DNA from: Catajapyx aquilonaris
Taxonomy: Eukaryota
DNA: 64,000 bases
Assembly: GCA_000934665.2 (NCBI GenBank)
Contig: KZ538316.1
Span: 1-64,000 of the forward strand
Reading direction: 5' to 3'
Shown: one piece after another, positions 42,744 through 54,929 of the stretch
Numbering within the stretch: position 1 is the stretch's first letter
Layout of the letters: every line of letters starts with the position of its first letter
The notes under the pieces: generated by a model
Database searches by the model: none
What the model was told of the DNA's origin: nothing
The model's input: the letters and a program-made list of their open reading frames with translations, nothing else
Translations under genes and position numbers: made by a program

Positions 42744-42749
42744 CAGCAG
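42677..42749. repeat. (TAG)n microsatellite
   Basis: Long TAG trinucleotide run ending in (CAG) repeats. Confidence 0.95.
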
Positions 42750-44483
42750 CTATTTTAGTAAATCTCTGTGTGCCATCACTCCTTAACAACGCCATTAATA
42801 TTGGCATTTAAGGAGATGGCAGCTGACTGCATGGCTTTCCTTTCAGTCATAATTTTTCTACAAATAACCTTGGTAAGCATCAGTTACAATTCAAATCAAT
42901 CCTTTCACACTCAAAATTAACCTATTCATTACTACAAAGGTGTTTACCTTTAGAATCTGAAATACCAATGTCTACTGCCTTACGCTGCACAACCACTGAA
43001 AACTTGCACCTGATAGGCTTTGGCACTCACTGCCCACTAATTCAGTTGGTTTATCACATTGAGCTTCATTATCACTTGACAGCTAGGTAAACTGATACTA
43101 AGGCTACGGTTAGATAATTCCAGAAGACAATTTCATAGTCAATTCTCATGACATTACCAGACTGATACTAGAATTGATGTTTTGCAATTTTTTATTTATT
43201 TTTTGTTAAATGGTTGGTGAAAACATGCCAAGGCTTTCACTTACAGTTATTCATTCATTAGCTATGAATATGTTATGTTAATTGAGCCACTATTATCAAG
43301 GGAATATTAGTGCAGTTAACACTACATTTCATTACACAAACTGTACTGCAGAACCTTGAAATTCCTTTCCTCTCTGGACTGATTTTCTACTTGTTTTTCA
43401 TCTGCTGCTGAATGCTCTGCTTAATCAAGTATTTCTATAGGACCTTATCTTGAACTGCTATAAAAATGGTATTTTCCGTAGTTGCTAATAATTATTGCTA
43501 CTGCTACTATTGCTCACGCACAGGCCTATCTGATGCTCGCTAGTGTTATGCTGTAGTGGATGTTTGGAATTAACCAATAAATTGCTTTGGATTATTTTCT
43601 CGAATATTATCTGTATATGTGCATTATGTTTTAAAGCCTATTTTTGTTAAATCCTTCATCACTGACCCTTCATCATTGATTACCCCTGTTATAGGAAATG
43701 ACATGATATTGTTGCAGATAATTTACTCATATTTTGTCTTACAGTCTGATTTCATCAAAGTAGCTTCAAATAAATATATTGTAACTACAGTAATAAGACA
43801 AGCTTGGAAAACTACATGGGGCCAGTCAGTTTCACAAGAAACTGGAAAGATAACAACAAATATTCCTCTTATATGTCACAAGTCTGTGGAATAAAATATT
43901 GGATAGCTTCCAGAACATAATTTTTTCAGATAATAGTTTGGTCTTTCAAGGGCATAACAATGTGTTTGTACATCCTAGCACTTTCTCCTAAATTGCCACC
44001 TCTGCATTCATTGGAAATGTTAAAATTTTAACTATATCAATATGCAGGATAAATCATTAATAGCCCCTACTTTGCAATTTTGAAAATAGTACACTGAGGC
44101 ATATTATGCAACGTGCAAAATACTTACGCCCGATTGGACCAATGAAATTACCAATTCGATAGCTCCTAACATATCATTAGCACACATTAAAAGGGCTCCT
44201 AATAATCCATTAGGAGCTATCGGATAAGACTTAGGTAATTTTGGTTGGTGCAATCTGGCATTAAACTATTTCCTGGCGTTTCCAGGTAAGGAAGTAGTCA
44301 AAATTTTAAAACCCACTCTAAAAATCCTTACAGTGAGGATATGATCCCCCTTTTGATTAACTATACAGCAAGTCCCAGACTTACATATGTGGATCATACT
44401 GCAACATTACATGTGTCAAAAAATATTAAATAATTTGAAACCTTTTTATTATTATAGTGTACTGTACTGGACCTTACACAGCT

Positions 44484-44487
<4 letters not shown>

Positions 44488-44554
<67 letters not shown>

Positions 44555-44680
44555 AATAATGCTTGGGTAGTGCTTTACGCCTAGTGGGGTTTCTCACACG
44601 GACCTTTATTGTACCATAGTTTTTGAAACGGCCAGACCCACGGGCAGGATGACAGGAGGGGATATGCAAGGTGCAGTACA
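44488..44680 (-). mobile_element. 3' fragment of the tRNA-derived SINE family with (AAT)n tail
   Basis: Reverse complement of the shared block ctgcaccttgcaYatcccctcctgtcatcctgcccgtggg...aataaaggtcc...aagcactaccc, followed by the trinucleotide tail. Confidence 0.8.
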
Positions 44681-45606
44681 ATGTCGTTGCTATGATCATT
44701 TTGTGAAGTCTTGGCAGGAAGGTTCGAGTTGCCATGAGCCGAAATTTAATTGATTTTCCCACAATTGATAGCCTCTTTCATAACCAGTTTGTTCCATTGA
44801 TTTTTTCTGCTTGTCATTATTTATTTATTTACATAAATTCAAATCTACATGTGTTGGAGTTATGAAAGTTAGGGACTGGCTGTATTTTCAACTGTATCAC
44901 AACAATTTGCTTCAGGCATGCTCACAGTCAAATCAATGCTCGACTGGCACATGTGAAGCATAGGCCTATGTGAATGGCATTGATTCCATATCAGCAATTT
45001 CAGACAGTGCCCCTGGTCTCAATTCCCACACATCTTATCACAGATTTTTAAAATGCATCTCATTCTGAAGGATAAATTGAGACCTGCAATGTAAAACTTG
45101 CCTAGCAAAGTTACTTGGCCAAGACAGAGGCTTAGTAGATATGGCTGGTGGGATAAGTTAAGTCAATAGGGGCAATTATTAGAACTCAGCATTTCCTTAT
45201 TGGAATGGGCTTGGATGAGAGCTGGTATTTTCTACATGGCATGGCACTTAGCATTCCACATATAATTAGCTGGTTTCCTCTTACCTACTACTCAACATTA
45301 GAATGTTTGCAGGGATCTGAATTAATAACTCACTGGCTGCACCTTGGAAACATCATCTTCAAAATTTACTGTGCGAATAAAATGTCATATTTGAAACTAT
45401 GACAGCCACTTGACTGGTACAGTACCATATTATTTTCATCTGCCCAGCAAGTAACATAGTTCGGGAAGACCCTTCCCCCCATTAGATGTGCCGAAAAACA
45501 TTTCAGGAACTACACAGCAACAATACCTGCACCGTTATATTATTAATTTCAGTTGCTCATTTTAATACTAAGGGTTTGTGTAAATCTTAGCTCGAAAATT
45601 AATATA

Positions 45607-45815
45607 ATTGAATCACCCAATAGAACAAGAGCCCGTGTCCACCCTGTTTCATCCTGAACATAAGCACTTGTTCTATTGTGCGATTCAGTTAGGCCCCTAG
45701 TCTGATGACCCCGGGTAAGCTATCCCAGGGGCAATCACCATGGCAACATATGTAAAAGGATTGCAGTAAACAACCAGTTACCCCAGGGGGCAAGCTACCC
45801 CGGGTCACCAGACTA
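45607..45815. mobile_element. Two adjacent small inverted-repeat elements (45607-45690 and 45698-45815)
   Basis: aattgaatcacccaatagaacaag / cttgttctattgtgcgattcagtt, and tagtctgatgaccccgggta / taccccgggtcaccagacta. Confidence 0.65.
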
Positions 45816-45844
45816 TATACCTTAGTATTAGAAAGGTAGTTATA

Positions 45845-46223
45845 CAGGGCGTTTCAAACTAGTCCAGCCAATGGCCGTCAGCGTATTCCATGGGCTAAAA
45901 CAAGTCAAAAATGTAGGGGGGAGAAATGTCGAGGGTCCAACCGTTAACGAGGTAGACGACCAGAAGCATTGACTGGTGGTTACCGAAGTTGCAGGATATG
46001 AACAATGATAATCTGTGAAGGAGGTGACCTTGCAGATCCCAACAGTCATGATTTTCATGCTCATATCCTGCTCCTTCGGCAACCATTGACCAATGCGGCA
46101 ATGTTTCTGTTCAAGGTCACGTTAAACGTTGCTCCCTCGACATTTCTCCCCCTACATTTTCTACTTCTTTTGTCTGAAGGAATACGCTGATGGCCGTTGG
46201 CTGGACTAGTAACAAACACCCTG
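45845..46223. mobile_element. Tc1/mariner-type foldback MITE
   Basis: TA|CAGGGCGTTT...actagtccagccaatggccgtcagcgtattcc pairs with ggaatacgctgatggccgttggctggactagt...AAACACCCTG|TA. Confidence 0.85.
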
Positions 46224-46443
46224 TATAATGTTCGAGTTAAATTCGTGGTGTCATATAACATTTAACTGCCCAAAATTAGACTGGCAGCGAAGTCAGATGA
46301 GTGTGTTTTACCTAGGTTTGGTAGTCCGTGGCAGGACAAGATTCACCACCAACCTCTTTCTTGATCTTTACCTTGACCCTCAAATGCGACATTTTGAGGG
46401 TATTTGGTATTTTGCTGACGGAAGCAGAAGCAGATAAATAATA

Positions 46444-46933
46444 CCGTATTACCTCTCATAAAGCAGCATGCCGGTGTAGTCAAGGTCGACCAGTTTTTAG
46501 AAAAGCATGATCTGGTGGCTATATCGGCATTCCGGTATAAGGCGAGGTTTTCACATAAGTTACATTATCCTTTCCGAACGTGACATTTGCCTGAAAATCA
46601 AAATTCACGTAAAGGCTATCAAAAAGGCACATTTTCTGGCAACAATCTCTATTTAAACAGTATGTTTGAGCAGGGGGTTCCCCTGTCATAGCAGGCTGAC
46701 GATGGGATTGGTCACACAATCTACATTTTTTATATGCACTGTACAACAGAACTTGCATTTTCTCACAGCTTGTACACTCGCTCATTTTCATTGTAACATT
46801 ATTTTAGTATGGTACCAGATGCATTCCAAAAAATTTGGCAAGGATCAAAATTACAGAAATCTACCTCGGTTATTGCAGCATGCTGGCCACCCCCAGGTTA
46901 TACCGGCATGCCACTTCAAGAGAGGTAATACGG
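46444..46933. mobile_element. pogo/Tigger-like MITE
   Basis: TA|CCGTATTACCTCTC...gcatgccggt pairs with accggcatgc...GAGAGGTAATACGG|TA. Confidence 0.8.
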
Positions 46934-47814
46934 TAAAAACCATTTTTCTGGCATCGTAGGTGTCAGAATGATTGGATTTCATGGCACTGCTTGCTATACA
47001 CTTGGATGAATGTGTGACAGGATGGCATAGGAAGAAAATGAGCTTCTAAGATCTGTTAAGAACTTTATTCGACCCAACATTTCAGGCACAACCATTTTTG
47101 CACCTATTAATAGACTGAAAATGGTGTCAATTTTTACGGCGTTACATTTTCCATTCTTTCCCAGGTTAATGTAAACACACAGACATTACATGGGGTAGTT
47201 GCAGAAAACCAAGAGAGTTCAGCTGTCTATAATATAAATTACAATTCTCATCCTTAAATGTAGGTAATACAATTTATTTTTTAATGTGCACAACGCCAGG
47301 GAAAGACTTCTGCTTCCTCCGCTGGCTAAGTAACAGCTGAGGGAGTTGTCTGTTGTACATGGCCATGTCACCAGTCGCACTAAGGGCTGATTGAATTGCC
47401 TGCAGGATGCACATAGGAGGGTTTCCATCCCATGCTTTTGAGTGAGGCCATAGGATCTCAGACAGTAGTGTGCAGGAGATATTTGTGCAATGGGCCCCAA
47501 ATATGGCATTTGGGATAGCAAAGCAGCTTTGCTCCAAGGCTTCCTTCTGAGGAGGCAGTTTTTTAAATGACCCCCTCATCCTCTTGTGATAATGTTGACA
47601 GTCACTGTAACCATCGTCTAATCAGTAATATTCTAAGGGTGAATACATTACAGAACCTTTGCCCACTTCACCCCCCACATCCTGCCACTACGACAGAGCA
47701 CTTAAATTAATGACTACCTGTTGAATGCAGGTAATAAGTCATGAACACAAAGTAGGATATGGTAGTGTCCAGGTCACGGTCATATAAGTAAGGTCTGGTC
47801 ACTCCCACCCACCC

Positions 47815-48117
47815 CCTGCCGACGTGTTTTGCAGAAGTTGCTCACCTGAGAGCGCCATGAGACATTTCGGAGGCCAGGATAAGTGGCGACCCTACCGGAC
47901 TAGGCTGAACTTTATAGGTACGAAAGGGGAGGGCTGCATTGGGGGGCCCAACATGGCCGCTGCCGGCCATGTTGGGCCAGCATGTAGCCCTCATCCGGCC
48001 TCCCCTTTCGTACCTATAAAGTTCAGCCTAGTCCAGTAGGGTCGCCACTTATCCTGGCCTCCGAAATGTCTCATGGCGGTCTCAGGTGAGCACCCGCTGC
48101 AAAATGCCTCGGCAGGT
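47815..48117. mobile_element. GC-rich palindromic element (~300 bp)
   Basis: gctcacctgaga...catgagacatttcggaggccaggataagtggcgacccta...tataggtacgaaaggggagg pairs with cctcccctttcgtacctata...tagggtcgccacttatcctggcctccgaaatgtctcatg...tctcaggtgagc. Central hairpin ggcccaacatggcc/ggccatgttgggcc. Confidence 0.85.
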
Positions 48118-49052
48118 GATAACGCCAGAACGTAGTATAAGTGTCCGGGGGCTGGTCCAGGTTGTGCAGCAGGTTGTGTTCATGTGAGTGAGTAAGTAGA
48201 CACAACAAAAATGGGGCTCAGGAAACAGATGACAGGGATCAGACAGGTAAGAGTTAGGGTTCCTTGCAGCATCAAGCAAGTAGCAGGTCAAGGTTCAATA
48301 CCAGGCAGGGAAAAACAGTTACGATACTGGTATCCCCCATTTTACAATGGGGTTAAGTCACAGCAAAACAAGGTCGTAAAATGAAAAGTCATAAACCAAG
48401 ACCAAGTTATAGTACACCATGAAAAACAAAGGAAGAGCCAATTACACATTTCGACTCACAGCCATTGCAGTGATATGGGACAATTTCAATTTTTTTGTTA
48501 TTTGCTATTTTTGCTATATTTTCCAAATTGTCACATTTTTAAAGTTCATTTTGAAATGGGAATTTATGTGGACCATCATAAAACGGTCTACCTGTATATA
48601 CCACTTTTTTCAAGTACAGTACACAGCACTCTAACACAAATTAACTGACCATATCTCACAACAACCAACTGTTCCCCCTTGACACATAGAGGGCCTTTTG
48701 TTTCTCCATCCTACAGATGGGGTGGGGGGGGGGAGAGAGAGAGGGGGAGAGAGAGAGAGGGAGACAGAGAGAAACCTGATGCAACATTTTGCCTCTCAAT
48801 CATCAGCTGTAATTCACCATTGTTCCTTCTCCAGCACTCTCCAACTGTCCATTTACAGAATATATCCCTTGGAGATTATTAGGAGGGAAACCTTTCACAG
48901 AATTCGGAGGGCTGAACTGCAATGCTTGGTGGACTGAACAGGAGACATTATACTGTGCTGTTGAAGCCTGGACCACAAAAACCAGAATAGTTTTTGCTTC
49001 GCATTTAAAACTACATGAATTTTGAAGCAAGCAAATTAATAAGCATGTAAAA

Positions 49053-49792
49053 GGGAGGCGGAGTGGCACTGCGGTAACGTATGCGCCCACAGATGTTAGG
49101 GTCCCGGGTTCGATCCCAGTCCGTGCAGAATTGGGTCGTCTCTGGCTTCGTCTCAGGTGGAATTTCCGCTAGACATATTCACCCGGGGGAGTTCACAAAT
49201 TATGTACCAACTTGGGAACTGTGCACTGCACATTGCACATCCCCTCCTGTCATCCTGCCCGTGGGCCCGGGCGATTCAAATGAACAGGCACCAAAATGTA
49301 ACACCGATCAATAAAAAATAAAGGTCACAGATCTTGTACCCAAGGGGTCTTGCAAATACCACGTGACCGTTTTGGGGGGAGCGTCTGCTGATATACCACG
49401 GTTGGTCATTGGGGAGGGGGGGGGGGGGGGGTCGGGGACAGTTCACGTGGTATCTCTGAACATGGTGAATGGGCACATATGGGAGCTTTTACAGATGCAC
49501 CTGGGTTCAAAATAACCTAAAATTCGAAATCAGCGACCACGAAAACATGGGGAGACATGTTTTTAACGTGCTTTTAAACAGTTTAGTTGAGGAGCTATCA
49601 TTTTCAATCGCGTTTTTTCTGATAACATCGACATTTTAAAAAACCATGTGAAAAAAGGGGGGGAGAGGGGGGGTTCCAATGGATACTACGGTCGGTCACT
49701 GGGGGGGAGGGGGGGTCAAAAAGTGGCCTAAAATCGATCCAGTGGTATTTGCACGACTCCCAAGGGATCAGAAGCACTACCCACAATTATTA
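49053..49792 (+). mobile_element. tRNA-derived SINE interrupted by a Harbinger-type MITE
   Basis: B box GGGTTCGATCCC at ~49107. Body is homologous to 54556-54928. The 3' end aagcactaccc...attattact resumes at ~49771 after the insertion. Confidence 0.8.
49344..49760. mobile_element. PIF/Harbinger-type MITE nested in a SINE
   Basis: TIR GGGGTCTTGCAAATACCAC / GTGGTATTTGCACGACTCC with 3-bp duplication CAA (49341-43, 49761-63). Confidence 0.75.
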
Positions 49793-49983
49793 CTAAAATG
49801 AGCATGTAAAAACATACATGAACAAGCTGCGGAACAAGACCATCTTTGAATTAATGTCTATGTTGACTCACCCAATTACAAAATGAAGTATCACTTCACT
49901 TCTGGGTATAAAAATGCCCGAACAGAAAGGTTCTACATCGCTCAAAAAGATGGAAACGATTTTGCAATGAAACTTAATGAAAT

Positions 49984-50061
49984 CGAGGGTGAAAGGTCAG
50001 AAGGGCGTATAATCCATTTGTTAACATTGGTTCATACGCCCTTCTGACCTTTCACCCTTGA
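49984..50061. repeat. Short hairpin/inverted repeat
   Basis: agggtgaaaggtcagaagggcgtat / atacgcccttctgacctttcaccct. Confidence 0.8.
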
Positions 50062-50759
50062 AATCACCTCCATCTTTTTGAGTGATGTACTCATAGTACG
50101 TATTATGAGACAAGCTGAAGATCCAGCCTATCATTTAATAACTAGTAATCACTGCCTGTTGTAAAGGGCATAGCTCACATATTTCTATATTTTTGTGCAA
50201 GTGCAGGTGTTTTTCAGTGTCTAATGGGATTCAATTGATTGAAATGTGGAGGTCCCCTGTTACCCCTGTTATCGTAGAGAGGGGTTTCTCGGTTAGGTTG
50301 GGTGCCCAATCAGGAGCCGCGCGCAGTTATGACTGGTACACCATGTAATGGCGCCCACTCCTTTTGAAAATCCATAGCGTTGCATCAGAACTAATTTGAT
50401 ATGAGGCACGCAATGTGAATTGTGGCTGGCGGCAAAAATCCTTAGCGATCACAATGTACATCCTAAGTTGCCCCTGGTCACACCCCACATTGCATTGGCT
50501 TGAGAGGTATTAAAAAATCCGACCTGATGCAACGCCCCCAAGTTCCCAAGCCATAAGCAGCTCCCTGCCACAATCCACACCACCACCCAGTCACTCCCTA
50601 TACCAGTACATTGCTACCCCCGTGAGCTTAGCTGATCTCTCCCACTGAGGGGGATTAGCCACGGGGCAATGGGGAACTAGCCTTGGTCTGGGATTTGGGA
50701 TTTTTGTTCATAACTAGCTAGCCCATGCCTGTAAACATACATTCCATCACTCTGTTGCA

Positions 50760-51300
50760 TCAAAATGACATTACTGGATAAATTACGGCACATTTAAAAG
50801 TGCCTTCAAAATTGGCGGGAAAAACGGGGCAGCCGGGTGGTGCCAATCGAAAGGGTACACTGAAATGCCTGGTTGACTGCGAGATATGAGGAATTTGACT
50901 TTGAATTAACTGCGGACACGACGGAAAGCATTCGCAAGGCGGCTGTAGGCCATCGAGGTGGAGAAAGGGGGCCTTTATATGCCTAATTCGGGAGACAGAT
51001 AATTCCGAGCTGCTGGCATCACTGCCACGCACGAAGCGATTTGAGCGGCTTAGAGTAAAAACTCGCCCGTTACCTGGCAACTAAGTAAACACTTGGGACT
51101 GCTAAAATGTCCAGCCGGGTCCAGCACAGTACAACGAATTATTTTACGACCCTGCCGGGGCACGTTCTATAACATCATTTTTGCATTCATTTCACTTCGC
51201 GTGACGTCAACATTTTAGAGGGAAACAGTGACGTCACCATTTCCCTACGAAAAAACCCGAATTACTCCGGAACTGAAACTGATTTCTTAAAACGGAATAT
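50760..51300 (-). promoter_or_regulatory. Candidate promoter and non-coding first exon of the Galpha gene
   Basis: CpG-rich island in CpG-poor surroundings, two perfect CRE palindromes TGACGTCA (51202-09, 51229-36), minus-strand donor CAG|GTAACG at 51074/51073. The ATG exon at 42296 is preceded by acceptors, so an upstream UTR exon is expected. Confidence 0.45.
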
Positions 51301-51368
51301 GCCAAAAAAATCCAAAAAATATGGGCGAATTTATTATGTAGTTTCCAAAATGAAGGCTAGTTCCCCAT

Positions 51369-51490
51369 TCTGAACCATTAGGCTCGACTCCGATTGGCTG
51401 GAGTTTTAAAAGGCGTCCTGTGCTACTCCATGGCTCTTATTAACCAATATACTACCTCCAGCCAATCTGAGTCGACCCTAATGGTTCAGA
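51369..51490. mobile_element. Small palindromic MITE-like element
   Basis: tctgaaccattaggctcgactccgattggctggag / ctccagccaatctgagtcgaccctaatggttcaga. Confidence 0.75.
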
Positions 51491-51737
51491 GTTGGCTGGT
51501 AGGTAAGGCTCCACCATGTCAGTAAGTGATTCTAGTACCGACCATGGCTAATCCCCCTCGGTGGGGGAGATCAGCTATACTCACAGGAAAAGAGGGAGAG
51601 TGACTGGGGGGTGATCCTAACCATTAAATTCCATTGGGTTGGAGAGATGAGGGCTTATGCCACTACCACCTGGGCCTTTTTAAAATACTGTCACTCTCGC
51701 ATGACGTCATCAGGGGACAGAGATTGAGAATTCTTAA

Positions 51738-52018
51738 CCCTGGAATCATGACGGGCCTGAACGTCAACCGTGACGTGCGGTCTTTTAGGACCCCCCATGC
51801 CATATTTTAATTTTTATTAATTTTTCTATAATACTTTTCAATGTATTGACTATATGCAATCATTCTTTGAACTATCCCTAAAATGATCGCTAATTCAAAA
51901 TAAACATGCACTTCCTGTCATATACTTTTTTACAATGGCAACAGTTCATTGTAATTTTAATATTAATGCATTTTAATTCCTTTGGGGTCCTAAAAGACCC
52001 CACGTCACGGTTCCTAGG
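51738..52018. mobile_element. piggyBac-type MITE
   Basis: TTAA|CCCTGGAATCATGACG...CGTCACGGTTCCTAGG|TTAA with subterminal inverted repeats aaccgtgacgtgcggtcttttaggacccc / ggggtcctaaaagaccccacgtcacggtt. Confidence 0.75.
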
Positions 52019-52302
52019 TTAATATGATTATAACCCTGCTATTTATAAACTTACTTATATTTTTATTGAAGACCATAAATCAATCAGAAATACATTGCCA
52101 GGATCACAATAATCTGCTCTATCATAATATTATATGCTCTCATAATTTGTTGACATTTGTTTGTTGCTTTTTTGTTGCTAACTTTGTCCACATTTTCACT
52201 GTTGCAGATGGTAGAATTCCTCGAGTTCACCAGATATCACCCATTCCATGCATATCTACACAAAATTTCCCACATTCCAAATCTCACCCAAATCCAGTTC
52301 TC

Positions 52303-54881
52303 TCATTTCAACAATGACCACTTCAACTGATCCTTAGCTGATTGCAAAACCTGCAACAGATAATTATAATTATTAACTAAAATACCAATTCAACCAGACC
52401 TACAATGACCGTGTGCATTAACAATCTCCCTACATTACACCTGCCTATCTATGAATGCTTGCATGAGGACCAGTTTCACCAATTTTGGGAACTGTTTTCT
52501 AGCCGGAAATGCAACAGGATGCAACCAAAAGAGAGTGAAAACTGCCACACTGCCCACTGGCCTTCTAGTTTGTGCTTTTTCACTCCACCTCAGATGGCTA
52601 ACCAAGTTAAATTTTCTCATCTCCTTTTCATCCATTCATATATAGAAGGCTAAAATAAAAATGGCTTCCAAGGCTCACCTCCTCGCTAACTCACCTCTTC
52701 ATTAGCAGATTTCAGCCTGTGGGACAACACATTATCTTCCTGTACGCAATGACCTCGTGAGTGGTGACTGTGCATGTGCATAAGTTGTCACTAAAATATC
52801 TCTCCCCTTTTGGCCGTTATGCCAGTCAAGTTTTACTGCATGTAGGTCCTACTGCAAGTATACATGCAAATGCCGTGGGGGCTTTTACTACATGTGTTTG
52901 TAAATATGCTGCCATTCTGAAACACTTTTTCCTCTCTGAATCATGTACTCCGGTGCAATGCTAGACTTGTAAAGCTGTGTGTTTCAAATGACTGGTCTGC
53001 AGATGATACACCACTGTCCATGTTATTCATTTGCGCTGCAGCAGTCCCTCAGACATGGCCTCCATTCATTCTGATATTAGCGGTTATTATTGTTTATTGC
53101 TCCTCAAACTGCTCAAAACTAATTGCTTAATAATACACACCCTAGTACAAAAAAAAGATACCTACAAAGGACACCACAACTAAATGAACTTGTTTACTAC
53201 CATGCCACTTGGATGTGAAATATACAAAACTTCCAGCACTGGGATGATGAGCTACCAATAGGTAGCAAGTAATAAAATATATTACAGCTATTAATGAACA
53301 GTGTTATGTTACATGGTTACAGAAATGAGTACCTGGGCCACAGTTTGCTCTCCTAATGGAATGTCATCAGTTCGAAGGGCAACACGTTGCACCACTGCTG
53401 ATGGGTCAGCTTCAAGGATGATTCTAGTGAGAATAAGCAGAGTTTGCATAAGGGTCTTTGCATGCAGAGGAACATTTATAGCATGGCCACAGGATACTTT
53501 AGCACTCAATCACTAGTAGTCAAACGGTAATACTGTAGTCGCCCGGCAACGAGTGTTGTATGTTGCTAGGCCACCAGTCTGTTGTTGTCAGGGAGAGGAG
53601 AGTTTGATTCGAAAGGGACATTGTTAGTTCTGACTGCCTTCTGGGCAGACGTGTATTCCATTCTTGAATAGATATCCTGCATAGTTATCATTCCTGACCT
53701 TGTCTGTTATTCTGGCTTAACGTGAACCACTACAATACGGAATTACAATCTAACATATGCATGACCAAATTTCTTCCATCTAATATGAGGAACAGACAGT
53801 TTCATGTTTCCTGGAGACTTGCTTATTACAGATTTTTTTTGTGGAATACAGAAATTCCGTTATGTACAGATTTCATTGTAATATTTATATGTGAGGATCA
53901 GAAGCTACGCAAGAATTTTACTTCAAGAGCCGTGGTACGGTATATACAGTAAAACCTCGATATGACACTCTTCAAGGGACTGCCCAAAGTAGAGTTAAGC
54001 GGGATAACGTTATATGCGGGAAATACAATTTAACCCTAATTAGACTGGCGGTTTTTTCACGTTTTTGCAAGAACCTGCAAAACAATCGCTTGCGTTATCA
54101 TTTGAGGGACCACATGCGACTAATCTAATGAGTAACAACACTGTAGTGTCTAGGCTTGATCCTGAGGCCGTTTATGGGACCCTCTTGCCATACCATGCAG
54201 ATTTAAATTCTTAAAAGTCTCAACAGATGCTGCAGGGGTACATTTCGCGCCTACATCTTTTTTTCTCCCATTTTTTGTCACTCCTGTACTGACAGGAAGT
54301 ATATCTGCATGTCACCCTGACGCCGCTGAACAGACCAGTACACATGAATAATACATCACAGGACAGGGATCCCAGCTACAGAGACAAACATACACCCCCC
54401 ACCCGAGAGGAAACCTGCCTCGCTCCACAGCTGTTCAAAAGCCCCACGGGGCATGCGCCCCTCCATCTTGGCGAAGGCTGGGTGGGAGTTGCGCAGTGGC
54501 CCGCCAGCCGCTAATTGGCATTTACGAACATTATTTATTTCTTTTAAAACTATTAGGGAGGAAGAGTGGTGCTGCGGTAACGTACGCGCCCACGGATGTT
54601 AAGGTCCCGGGTTTGATCCCAACCCGGGGACACCCCGTTCATCTCGTGCAGAGTTCAGGGTCACCTCTGGCTTCGTCTCGGGTGGTAATTCCAACAGACT
54701 AAACCACCCGAGGGAGTTCACTAAAAATGGCCACGTTTAAGACAATCACTGCACCTTGCACATCCCCTCCTGTCATCCTGCCCGTGGGCCCAGGCGCTAC
54801 GTAAAAAAAGGCTCAAATGTATTTGATGTAATAAATAAAGGTCCATGCTGCATACCTCAATGAGGTCAAGCACTACCCCGG

Positions 54882-54929
<48 letters not shown>

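Noticed and set aside
47219..47579. Two overlapping ~100-aa minus-strand ORFs as a LINE or gene remnant
   Set aside because: No recognisable RT, endonuclease or transposase motif by eye. BLASTX would be needed.
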